20,000 nt of DNA from Pseudomonadota bacterium (GCA_043825735.1 JBDRRP010000009.1:106686-126685); one strand, 5' to 3'; shown: positions 8,711 through 17,343, counted from the first letter of the stretch. The notes: generated by a model from the letters alone, not told the origin. Numbers and translations are program-made.

Positions 8711-8946
8711 GCGTAAAAAAGAGGGTTTTGAAGCATCGACACGCTGACGATAGTTTTGTTCATAACCTGAAAGAATAATGGCTGCGCCGCCTGAGGCGGC
8801 GCCCCTATCTGTTGTCGTGCAGGACTTTCCGGGCCGGATCGCCGCGCCCCGCGGCTGCGTGTAACCCCTTCCTCCGGCTTCGTGCAAAAACCCTGCGGCG
8901 GGGTCCACCCCCCGGTGGTCCACCCCCGCGCCTGCCACGCCGTCTC

Positions 8947-11490
8947 ATGGTTGTCAGAAGCCGGAACCGGCCAGTGCGACATCGCCCCCTCATTGCCCTC
9001 TGTTTGGCCTTTATGGCCGGAATTTTCTCCGGTGTGCACCTCACTGCGAGGATGCCGCTGACAGTGGCGCTCTCAGGTGCTGCCGTTGCAGCGGCCGCGG
9101 CGGTGTTTACCGGTTGTGACCGAAGACTCGTCCGGACCTCCGTTTTAGTTTTGATATGGCTGGCGGGGATGACATCCATCCAGCCGTGGGTCCACCCGGC
9201 ATTTGGGCCGGATCACATCCTGCGGCAGGTGGATACCGGCTGGCCGGTGGTTTGCGCAACGGTGATCGGTCAGCCCCGGTACGGGGTTCAGCGCGTCAGT
9301 GTGATTGTCGCGGCGACAGCCCGGCAGACCGCTGCCGGGTGGACGCCCGCAACCGGTCGGGTTCGTGTCACCGTCGGTGGTGCACCGGTGCCGTCCATCA
9401 ACATCGGTGACCGGGTGCGATTCAGCGGACGCCTGGCGCCGATCGGCGGATTTCGCAATCCCGGGGGGTTCGATTTCGCAAGGCACATGGCGTTTCGGGG
9501 GGTATGGGTTCGCTGCTGGGTGCCGGTTGAGCGGTTCCATATCCGGATACCGGCTACCGAGGCCGCTGGCTGGTGGCATCCTGACAGCTGGAGACCAAAG
9601 ATCGCTCAATGGATGGCCGATCGGGTGAATGGTGATGCGCTGGCGCTGCTGCAATCGTTAATCATTGGCGAGCGGCGACATCTCACTCCACGGCTCAGGG
9701 ACACGTTCAACCGGCTCGGCATCAGCCACCTATTGGCCATTTCAGGCCTTCATATCGGCATTATCGCACTGGTGAGCTATTGGACCGCCCGGTGGCTCAT
9801 GGTGCGACTGCCCGTTCTGGTGTGGCGGGGATGGGTTGAGCGGGCCGCCACCATGGCGACCCTGCCGCCACTGATAGCGTATGCACTCCTTGCGGGCATG
9901 TCTTCGGCCACGCAGCGGGCACTGGTCATGGCGCTTGTTATCGCGGTGGGTATCATCGCAGGGCGCCGCCACGATCTGTTCAACACGCTGGCTGCGGCAG
10001 CCGTTTTGATCCTGGTATTGACCCCCCCGGCCTTATTTGAGCTTTCCTTTCAGTTTTCTTTCATGGCGGTGGGGGGCCTCCTTGCCGGCATGCCCCTGGT
10101 AAGGCCGGCAACGGCGTTTCAGCCAGCTGAAGCGGCGTCTTTGAGAGTTCGGCTGACGCGGTGGGTAAAGACCAGCATCATCCTTTCCCTGCTGGCCAAC
10201 CTGGCTACCGTGCCGCTGTCCATGTTCTATTTCCAGCAGGTATCGCTGGTGGGGTGCCTGACAAACCTGATCTTCATTCCGCTGTTCGGTTTTCTGGTCA
10301 TTCCCCTGGCGCTGGCCGCCGCCCTCATGATGGTACTGATTCCGCCGCTGGGCACGGTGTTGCTTTCCTTGGCCGCCGGTATTGTAAACGCCGGCCTGGC
10401 GGTGGCCGAAACCATCGCCGGCGTCCCGTTCATTGCCGTGGCCACAGTGGTGCCCACCCTGTTTGAGATGGGGCTTTATTACGCCTGCGGCGGGTGGATT
10501 TGTTATGGCCTGGCCCGCAATCAGAACTGCGCCGGGCAGCGAGGCACCCTCGCGGGTGCAGGTAACGCCCAAGGAAATTTTGGGAAGCTGCGGTGGGTCG
10601 GCGTGCTCATGGCGGGCCTCATGCTTTTCGGGGCCGATGGGCTGTACTGGATGCACCGCCGGTTCTGGCACGAGGACCTCAGGATCACATTTCTGGATGT
10701 GGGGCAGGGCAGTGCCGCCGTCGTCGCCTTTCCCGGCGGCGAGACGATGCTGATAGACGGCGGCGGCTCAGCCATGCCCGGAGCCTTTGATGTTGGCGCC
10801 GGGGTGGTGGCCCCGTTTTTAAGGCGGGAACGGATCTTCACCATCGATACGCTGGTGCTGACCCATGCCAACAGTGATCACCTCAACGGTCTTCTCGCCA
10901 TCGCAGAGCAGTTCAGGATCGGCGCCTGCTGGAGCAATGGGGAGCCGGCATCGACGGCGGGCTATCGCCGGTTCATAACGATACTGAAGAAAAAGAATAT
11001 CGTTTGCCCGGAATTCAGGGCAATCTTCGGGATTCACCATAGCGGCGGCGCAGAGATCTCGGTACTGTATCCGCCGCCGGATTTCAGACAGCGGCGATTG
11101 GCGGTGGCCGGGAGCGGTCTAAACGATGACTCATTGGTGATCAGGATCGCCCAGGATGGGTGTTCGGTACTGCTCACCGGTGATATTACGGCGCCGGCAG
11201 AGGCGGCGCTGGTGGCGCTTCAGGGAAAACGGGTGGCGGCCGATATCCTTCAATCACCCCATCACGGCAGCCGCAGTTCAAGCTCACCGGTGCTCATCGA
11301 TGCCGTTCGCCCGGCGGCTGTGGTGATCTCGGCCGGGTGGCGGAACCGGTTCGGGTTTCCGCACCCGGAGGTGATCAAGCGATACCGCCGTGCCGGCGCG
11401 GTGCTGTGGCGTATCGACACCGGCGGCGCCGTGTCGCTGTCGATGGCCGGCGGGCAGTGGCGCTGCCGGCAGGCGTCTTTGACGCGCTGA
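8947..11490 (+). CDS. comEC: DNA internalization-related competence protein ComEC/Rec2
   Basis: DUF4131/OB region 'GFRNPGGFDF', Competence domain 'GISHLLAISGLHIG' and 'SFQFSF', metallo-beta-lactamase domain 'TFLDVGQG...LIDGG...THANSDH...NDDSLV...LLTGD...HHGS...NRFGFPHP'. Start is uncertain: the ORF is open from 8812, but ATG 8947 is preferred. Confidence 0.93.
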   Translation: MVVRSRNRPVRHRPLIALCLAFMAGIFSGVHLTARMPLTVALSGAAVAAAAAVFTGCDRRLVRTSVLVLIWLAGMTSIQPWVHPAFGPDHILRQVDTGWPVVCATVIGQPRYGVQRVSVIVAATARQTAAGWTPATGRVRVTVGGAPVPSINIGDRVRFSGRLAPIGGFRNPGGFDFARHMAFRGVWVRCWVPVERFHIRIPATEAAGWWHPDSWRPKIAQWMADRVNGDALALLQSLIIGERRHLTPRLRDTFNRLGISHLLAISGLHIGIIALVSYWTARWLMVRLPVLVWRGWVERAATMATLPPLIAYALLAGMSSATQRALVMALVIAVGIIAGRRHDLFNTLAAAAVLILVLTPPALFELSFQFSFMAVGGLLAGMPLVRPATAFQPAEAASLRVRLTRWVKTSIILSLLANLATVPLSMFYFQQVSLVGCLTNLIFIPLFGFLVIPLALAAALMMVLIPPLGTVLLSLAAGIVNAGLAVAETIAGVPFIAVATVVPTLFEMGLYYACGGWICYGLARNQNCAGQRGTLAGAGNAQGNFGKLRWVGVLMAGLMLFGADGLYWMHRRFWHEDLRITFLDVGQGSAAVVAFPGGETMLIDGGGSAMPGAFDVGAGVVAPFLRRERIFTIDTLVLTHANSDHLNGLLAIAEQFRIGACWSNGEPASTAGYRRFITILKKKNIVCPEFRAIFGIHHSGGAEISVLYPPPDFRQRRLAVAGSGLNDDSLVIRIAQDGCSVLLTGDITAPAEAALVALQGKRVAADILQSPHHGSRSSSSPVLIDAVRPAAVVISAGWRNRFGFPHPEVIKRYRRAGAVLWRIDTGGAVSLSMAGGQWRCRQASLTR

Positions 11491-11500
11491 CGGGGAAGGC

Positions 11501-14296
11501 TCAGGCATCGGGCGGCGCGGCCAGGGCTTTCTTGACTTTTGAAGCCAGGGTCTCCAGATCGAACGGTTTCTGGATAAACCCACTGCAACCGCGCTGCATG
11601 ATCGTCTCTGCCTGCCCCTGGGCGCTGTAACCGCTGGACAGCAGAACGGGCAGATCGGGGGCAATTTGCCGGATCCGGTCAAAGGTGGCGCTGCCGCTCA
11701 TGTCCGGCATGATCATGTCCAGGATGACGAGATCGATAGGCCGGGCAGGATCGGTGCAGTACTGGATCGCCTCCAGGCCGCTGGCGGCTGTCAACACCTG
11801 ATAACCGAGCGATGAGAGCATGTCACCGGTCACCTGTGCCACGATCGCTTCATCATCCACCAGCAAAATGGTCCCGGCGCCTTTGACGTCGTTGTTTATG
11901 GCGGGCAGCGCGTCGATGTCGGATGGGCCGGGGGCCGCGGCGGGAAACCGGACGATAAACGTGGTGCCGCGGCCAGGCCGGGAGGCCACATCGACACGGC
12001 CGCCGTGGGCCGTCACCACGCCATATACCGAAGCCAGACCGAGTCCGGTGCCGCGCCCCATTTCCTTGGTGGTGAAAAAGGGATCAAAAATTCGGGTCAG
12101 CATGTCGGCATCCATACCGACACCGGTGTCTGAAATCCGCAGCACCACCGCCTCCCCCAACTCCGGGTCCGTCACGGTGGCGGCTGTCTGCAGCAACAAG
12201 CGGCCGCCATCGGGCATGGCGTCTACGGCATTGATGCACAGGTTGAACAACACCTGCTCAATCTGGGTGATGTCTGCCGTGATGGCGGGAAGATCGGGCT
12301 CCAAGACCATTTCAATGGTCACGGCCTTGTGGGTGCGGGCAATGGTGTCGCCCACATCGCGAACGGCCCGGTTGAGATCGACAGCGCTCGGTGCATACGC
12401 CCCCTTGCGGGCATAACCGAGCAGTTGTGCGGTCAGCCCTGCCGCGTTTTCAACGCTTTCTTCGATGCGCTCCAGGCGCTGGTAAAACGGGTGCCCATGG
12501 GAGAGTTCGCTTTTGACGAGCGCGGCGTTGCCGCTGATGCTCATGAGCAGGTTGTTGAAGTCGTGGGCAATGCCGCCGGCCAGGGTGCCCAGCGCTTCCA
12601 TTTTCTGGGCCTGATGGAGTTTGGCCTCAAGGGCTGATTTTTCCTGTTCGGTCCTTTTTTGGGCATCGATGTCGCGCAGTACCGTCACGCGGACCGGCCG
12701 ACCCTGGTATTCGCTCATCCGGCCGCAGATCTCCGCGTGGAATGTGGTGCCGTCCTTTCGTTGTGCGATGGCTTCATAGGGTAATTCATAGCCGCTGAGC
12801 ATGTTGGTCCAGGCCAGTTCCTTGGATTCCGGGGCGATGATGTCGTTGACGAAGATGCCGATCAATTCGTCGTAAGTATACCCGAACATGAGGCAGGCGG
12901 TGCGGTTGGTGTCAGTGCAGTAGCCGTTTTCGGAAATGAAGATGGCCTCGAAGGTGGCATCGGAAAGCGCCCGGTATCGCTCCTCGTTCTCGCGGCGGGC
13001 CGCTTCGGCTTCTTTGCGGGTCTGGACCTCCTGGGTCAGTTCGTCATTGACCTGCTGGAGAGACGCCGTGCGCTCGGCCACCCGCAGTTCCAGATTTTCC
13101 CGTATGGTTGTCAGCGCTTTTTCCACCTGGGCACGCCTGACAATGGCCACGCTCAGCCATGCCACCAGCACGGCGAGGATGATGATGATACCTCCGACCA
13201 TCCAGACCATGCGGCGGTAGGCTTCATAAAAGGAAAACGGACGGTTCAACACGACGCTGCCCACCGGCAGGCGCGACAGCGCGATACCATGGCGCTGCAG
13301 CTGCAGGTAGTCGAAGAGCATCACCGTGGGGGTGCGCGTGACGATGGGAATCGCTTCGGGGGGCGTTCCCTCCAGAATGCGCCGCATCATGAGGGCCGCT
13401 TGTTCGGCCATGAGGACTTCACTGATGACGCTGCCGCCGACGGCCCCGTGGCCGACATCGATTTTCTTATAGGTGTAAATGGGCAGCGGGGTCGCGGTGG
13501 AGATCCGTTTCAATACCGCAGTGCCGGTGCCGTATTGATCGCCCTTGCGGTCTTTGATGAAATTCATGTACAGGACCACGGTGGTGGGTGGCCGTGCGGC
13601 CAACTCAGCGGCCATGGCATCGTAGCTTTCGTCGGTGGAGATGGTCAGCCGCAGTGGCGGGGGGTTGGCTGCGATCGATTTTTCAAAATCGGCCAGGCGC
13701 GTCAAGGAAGCCGGTGTACGGTCGCTGATGACGTAGAGATCCGTCGCCGCCGGGTGCAGGCGCCGGATCAATTCAATCGTGCCGGTGAAGTCCGGTGATT
13801 CCGCCACGCCGGTGATGCGGCCTTGCCCGTTGAGTCGCTGGGGGGTGAAATCGTTCGGTGCGCAGAAGACAACGGGTGCATCCGGAAAGAGAGCCTCCCG
13901 GTTATCCAGGATGAAATCGAGGGCGATGTCGTCGGTGGTGAGCACGCCGTCGAAAGCGGCACCGGCAAATTTTGTCTTGTAAAATGAGACGGTTGCCGCC
14001 AGACGCGCATTGACGGGATAGCGGAGGCTGTCGAGATATTCCACCGTCAGCTCAATCGGAACAGGGCTGTCGGCAATACCGCGTTCGATGCCTTCGGTCA
14101 GGCCTCGGGACCAGGGCAGCGTATCGTGGAATGAGTGGACTACCAGCAGATGGCGCGCAGTCACGGCGGGGGCCCCGGCCTCAGCGGCCATCGCCGCAAC
14201 CAGTGGCTGCAGGGCCAAGACCACAGCCAAAAACCACCATCGCCGTGCACGCCACCACATATTGAACACGTTTTTCGCCATCTTATTAACCACCAC
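11501..14296 (-). CDS. Hybrid sensor histidine kinase/response regulator (periplasmic substrate-binding-like domain, TM, coiled coil, PAS, HisKA, HATPase, REC)
   Basis: N-terminal signal/TM; periplasmic domain starting 'LLVVHSFH..PWS'; H-box '[21 protein letters not shown]'; N-box 'EQVLFNLCINAVDAMP'; G-box '[19 protein letters not shown]'; REC 'ILLVDDE...LVILDMIMP...FIQKPF'. Exact start uncertain. Confidence 0.93.
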   Translation of the reverse strand: MVVNKMAKNVFNMWWRARRWWFLAVVLALQPLVAAMAAEAGAPAVTARHLLVVHSFHDTLPWSRGLTEGIERGIADSPVPIELTVEYLDSLRYPVNARLAATVSFYKTKFAGAAFDGVLTTDDIALDFILDNREALFPDAPVVFCAPNDFTPQRLNGQGRITGVAESPDFTGTIELIRRLHPAATDLYVISDRTPASLTRLADFEKSIAANPPPLRLTISTDESYDAMAAELAARPPTTVVLYMNFIKDRKGDQYGTGTAVLKRISTATPLPIYTYKKIDVGHGAVGGSVISEVLMAEQAALMMRRILEGTPPEAIPIVTRTPTVMLFDYLQLQRHGIALSRLPVGSVVLNRPFSFYEAYRRMVWMVGGIIIILAVLVAWLSVAIVRRAQVEKALTTIRENLELRVAERTASLQQVNDELTQEVQTRKEAEAARRENEERYRALSDATFEAIFISENGYCTDTNRTACLMFGYTYDELIGIFVNDIIAPESKELAWTNMLSGYELPYEAIAQRKDGTTFHAEICGRMSEYQGRPVRVTVLRDIDAQKRTEQEKSALEAKLHQAQKMEALGTLAGGIAHDFNNLLMSISGNAALVKSELSHGHPFYQRLERIEESVENAAGLTAQLLGYARKGAYAPSAVDLNRAVRDVGDTIARTHKAVTIEMVLEPDLPAITADITQIEQVLFNLCINAVDAMPDGGRLLLQTAATVTDPELGEAVVLRISDTGVGMDADMLTRIFDPFFTTKEMGRGTGLGLASVYGVVTAHGGRVDVASRPGRGTTFIVRFPAAAPGPSDIDALPAINNDVKGAGTILLVDDEAIVAQVTGDMLSSLGYQVLTAASGLEAIQYCTDPARPIDLVILDMIMPDMSGSATFDRIRQIAPDLPVLLSSGYSAQGQAETIMQRGCSGFIQKPFDLETLASKVKKALAAPPDA

Positions 14297-14455
14297 TAAA
14301 CAAAGCTTTCGCGCCCTTTGCTATCATCGGCCATTTTTGCCGGTTGTTCAATGAAACAGGCATTTTTTTTCGGGTGACCCTTTCGTTGAGCCATTTTGGC
14401 GCACGCCGATAGCGTGGGCCAGGCTCTGTGAAACGGCGCACGGTGGATCTATCGC

Positions 14456-15301
14456 ATGACAATACGGACCCTACCGGGGGCACCCCAAGGCGGCCGTCGG
14501 TCCGGATATCATCGGCAGACTGCGCTGGAGCAGGTTTATGCCACTTACCACCGGCGATCATATGTGGTGCCGGACCCGCTGGCGTTTCTATACGACTACC
14601 CGGACTTGGCCGATAGGGAAATCGTCGGACTGATCGCATCGGCCCTGGCCTATGGCAAAGTGGCCCGGATTATGGTGAGTGTGGGCGATGTGTTGCGGCG
14701 CATGGGGCCATCCCCGGCGGATTATGTCGATCATACGCCGCCGGAGCGCATGCGCCGCCACATGGTCGGGTTCGTCCACCGGTTTGCCGATGCCGCTGCC
14801 ATGGCGGCCCTTTTGGGTGCTGTCAGGTCGGTGCGATGCGAGTGCGGCGGACTGAATACCTGCTTTCACGGCGCAATCGCGCCCGAGGACGACACCGTGA
14901 TTCCGGCGCTGGGCCGCTTTGTCGATTTTCTCCAGCACTTTGGCGCCGGAGGGCATCTGCTGCCCCATCCGGAAAAGGGCAGCGCCTGCAAGCGGCTGCA
15001 CCTGTTTTTGCGGTGGATGGTGCGCTGCGACGACGTGGACCCCGGCGGGTGGGACGCCGTGGCGCCCGCCATGCTCATCATTCCCCTGGATGTGCACATG
15101 CACCGTATCGGACGGGCGCTGGGGTTCACCCGGCGGCGCGCCGCCGACCGGCGTACCGCCCTTGAAGTCACCGCCGGCTTTCGCGCGATCGTTCCCGAAG
15201 ATCCGGTCAAATATGATTTTTCCCTCACCCGGCTGGGCATCCGGCCCGAGTGCGATCTGGACGCGTTTCTGAGCGGGCTGACAGAGTGCGGTCGGCAATA
15301 G
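14456..15301 (+). CDS. TIGR02757/DUF2400 family protein (HhH-GPD-like, putative DNA repair)
   Basis: 'DREIVGLIASALAYG', 'SACKRLHLFLRWMVR', 'LIIPLDVH' and 'DPVKYDFSL' are characteristic of this family. Confidence 0.88.
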   Translation: MTIRTLPGAPQGGRRSGYHRQTALEQVYATYHRRSYVVPDPLAFLYDYPDLADREIVGLIASALAYGKVARIMVSVGDVLRRMGPSPADYVDHTPPERMRRHMVGFVHRFADAAAMAALLGAVRSVRCECGGLNTCFHGAIAPEDDTVIPALGRFVDFLQHFGAGGHLLPHPEKGSACKRLHLFLRWMVRCDDVDPGGWDAVAPAMLIIPLDVHMHRIGRALGFTRRRAADRRTALEVTAGFRAIVPEDPVKYDFSLTRLGIRPECDLDAFLSGLTECGRQ

Positions 15302-15303
15302 TG

Positions 15304-15447
15304 AGTGCCCGTCCATAAACGGCATCTTTTGGCCCCCGGCGGCGTTCTCACTCGTCTTCAATCCTCGAAATAGCAGGCTATTCCTCCGGTTGCAGACTCG
15401 TTCGGGCCTTGCCGGGAACCAAAATCTACCATTTCTGGACGGACACT
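15304..15447. mobile_element. MITE-like/REP-like element with terminal inverted repeats and nested hairpins
   Basis: Left AGTGCCCGTCCATAAA (15304-15319) vs reverse complement of right end AGTGTCCGTCCAGAAA (14/16). Internal pairings: TTTTGGCCCCCGGC/GCCGGGAACCAAAA, GTCTTCAATC/GGTTGCAGAC, AATAGC-AG-GCTATT. No coding capacity. Confidence 0.7.
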
Positions 15448-15708
15448 ATTTAATTGCACCGGTGACCGGGAAACCACGATGAGATCGCTATTTCATGGAT
15501 GACTTTCTCGGAAGCGGCATCGGTCAGCCGGATGCGCACGTCCCTGAAAAGGTTTTGACAGCAGGCACCCAAGTTTGCATGCAGAAGAATAACCGTTCTA
15601 CTGCTCAAAATCCGCAGATATTCAGAATATCGGCGAATCTGGCAAACATTCTGCGGTCTGCATGACCAAGCACCACCGACGGATCTCAACAGAAATACCT
15701 CTTGGGAT

Positions 15709-15801
15709 GATAATTGGGATTGGGTGGGGGTCATCCCAATTATCTCGGTTTAGTGCGAGAAAGTTTGAATGTTAAGATGTCCCCAATCCCCCCCCCCCCC
15801 C
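15709..15801. repeat. Palindromic/REP-like cluster plus C14 homopolymer
   Basis: Perfect 12-bp IR GATAATTGGGAT(15709-15720)/ATCCCAATTATC(15733-15744); GGGGTCA (15727-15733) facing TGTCCCC (15778-15784); run of 14 C at 15788-15801. Confidence 0.7.
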
Positions 15802-15839
15802 GACTGGAGCTTCATGGAGAACCGAATTGAATTTTGGCG

Positions 15840-15881
15840 TTGCCATTGTGTATGCAAGATGTATGATGAGCATACTGCACA
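15840..15881 (+). promoter_or_regulatory. Putative sigma70 promoter of vapBC with overlapping operator palindrome
   Basis: TTGCCA (15840-15845), 16 bp, TATGAT (15862-15867). The inverted repeat GTATG-N5-CATAC (15861-15875) covers the -10, as is typical of type II TA autorepression. Confidence 0.6.
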
Positions 15882-15896
15882 CCTTTGGAGGGCGCC

Positions 15897-16100
15897 ATGC
15901 GAACCAATATTGAAATTGACGACGAATTGTTGGCCCAAGCGTTTTCGGTTAGCCGCTTACGAACCAAAAAAGAGCTGATTCATGAAGCCCTCAAGGAGTT
16001 TATTCGTCTTAAAAAACGTAAGGACCTCACTGAATTAGCTGGTTTTATTCAATTTCACGAAAACTATGATTATAAACAGCTCAGGGAAACGAGGGGATAA
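15897..16100 (+). CDS. vapB: Type II toxin-antitoxin antitoxin, VapB family (67 aa)
   Basis: 'MRTNIEIDDELL...TKKELIHEALKEFIR' is a typical VapB (DUF2191-like) N-terminus; GGAGGG RBS at 15887-15892; upstream of a PIN-domain gene. Confidence 0.9.
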   Translation: MRTNIEIDDELLAQAFSVSRLRTKKELIHEALKEFIRLKKRKDLTELAGFIQFHENYDYKQLRETRG

Positions 16101-16419
16101 AATCATCGTCTTTAGCCGGTTTATTCAACTTGAACTGCTTCAAGGCGCTAAAGACGAGCTTGAGTGGCAACGACTCGACGAGTACCTGGCCGACCAATAC
16201 TATCTTGAAGCAACGGAGAACACATGGCGGAATGCCGCGCGGCTCTATTTTGAACTCAGAAGAGCGGGCACAACGGTAAGAAGTCCGATTGACTGCTGCA
16301 TCGCCTGCATCGCCATGGAGTCCCAGGCGATGCTGTTACACCGGGATCGTGATTTCGAATCGATCGCCAAAATCACGCCATTGGACAGCGAATACTTCGA
16401 TCCATCGCCTGCATCGTAA
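16093..16419 (+). pseudogene. vapC: PIN-domain VapC toxin, N-terminally truncated
   Basis: Retains 'ELLQGA', 'AARLYFELRRAGTTVRSPIDCCIA' and 'LLHRDRDFESIA', but lacks the N-terminal strand with the first catalytic Asp (hhhDTS motif) and has no start codon at or after the vapB stop. Confidence 0.75.
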
Positions 16420-16478
16420 GATACTTTCACAGAACCGATAGACGATATAACCGCATGCGAAAAAGACCGAGGAAGGTT

Positions 16479-16591
16479 AGAAACGCCCTTAAAAATTAAA
16501 CTTTATTGTGAACATTATATTTTAACGGATAAAGGGACGCCCTTAAAATTTAAATTTGGTGACATAAACTTTAAATTTTAAGGGCGTTTCT
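16479..16591. repeat. AT-rich element with 27-bp terminal inverted repeats and an internal third copy
   Basis: AGAAACGCCCTTAAAAATTAAACTTTA (16479-16505) matches the reverse complement of 16565-16591 with 2 mismatches. Internal ACGCCCTTAAAATTTAAA (16537-16554) is a perfect complement of 16570-16587. Confidence 0.85.
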
Positions 16592-16683
16592 TAAAACCCA
16601 TAAAACCTGGGGTTCTGGGTCATCCGAAACGGCGGGCAATGACGGCCATGACGATGTGGTTATCGAAATTCTAAAAAGACGGC

Positions 16684-16923
16684 TCAGGCGGCCCGGCGAC
16701 AACGATCAAGCACTGGGCGAAGGCGTCTGTACAAGCCAGGCAGGCGTCGCTGAAGCCACGCCATCCCTCGGGCGTAAGCGTTGGTTTTGCACGTTAGCAG
16801 GGCAACGCCGGTGCCGATGCAAATCAACCCCAGAGGAACGGGAAGGACGTAAAGCGGGATACCGACGATGATGCATAGCACCCCCGCTGTAATCCGAAGG
16901 CCGCGTCCAAATGTTTTGCGCAT
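16684..16923 (-). CDS. Small membrane protein (PGPGW/DUF454-like), 79 aa
   Basis: MRKTFGRGLRITAGVLCIIVGIPLYVLPVPLGLICIGTGVALL...: basic N-terminus, hydrophobic hairpin with a P-x-P-x-G turn, basic amphipathic tail; GGAGG 13 nt upstream on the minus strand. Confidence 0.7.
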   Translation of the reverse strand: MRKTFGRGLRITAGVLCIIVGIPLYVLPVPLGLICIGTGVALLTCKTNAYARGMAWLQRRLPGLYRRLRPVLDRCRRAA

Positions 16924-17048
16924 CGCTTTGATTGAACCTCCATCTGCGTTCCATACGCACGGCAAACGCCTATTGGAAGGATAATCGCAGGCGATTGTTC
17001 GGAGAAGATGAGCCAGGACGGCCTCCGATAATGACTGTGTCAGCGCAG

Positions 17049-17082
17049 AAAAACCAAAGGGGTCAAAAAACCAAAGGGGTCA
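17049..17082 (+). repeat. Perfect 17-bp tandem duplication AAAAACCAAAGGGGTCA x2
   Basis: Copies read directly at 17049-17065 and 17066-17082. Confidence 0.9.
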
Positions 17083-17343
17083 CCTACACATTAACATTTT
17101 ATCATCGGGGATCTGATCGTGATTCAACTGAAGGGCAAGATATCTCTTTGTGACATTTTTGCGGCATAAATTACACTCTACGCCTATCATTGGTCTGTGT
17201 CGTTATCCGGTATTCGCCTGGGAATGTCTGACTCATTCCAACAGTGCCGTTTTCATTTTCACCGTGCCTTTGAATCACCTATGACTTTCGCCCCTCCTCG
17301 CACCGCACTTGCCGATGCCGCCGATGCCGCTACACCCATTTTC

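Noticed and set aside
8501..8716. 71-aa ORF containing TTKTTKCTKK...LHVLRELRG
   Set aside because: Translation artefact of the 9-bp-periodic palindrome; overlaps the murA 3' end.
8812..8946. N-terminal extension of ComEC in the ORF track
   Set aside because: TTG start without SD and low-complexity Pro/Arg sequence; ComEC-like sequence begins near 'RPLIALCLAF'.
15450..15734. 94-aa minus-strand ORF (and a 56-aa plus-strand ORF starting near 15496)
   Set aside because: Starts inside a palindrome, no convincing RBS or family motif; may be a decayed gene fragment but cannot be supported.
16479..17082. Repeats considered as a CRISPR array or integron attC sites
   Set aside because: Only 2-3 copies, partly inverted, with no regular spacers, no cas or integrase gene, and no clear RYYYAAC/GTTRRRY ends.
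16932..17153. 73-aa plus-strand ORF
   Set aside because: TTG start, spans the tandem repeat, no protein-like signature.
17311..17330. GCCGATGCC tandem repeat as additional sigma28 -10 boxes
   Set aside because: No TAAA-like -35 at the right spacing; short GC repeat likely by chance.
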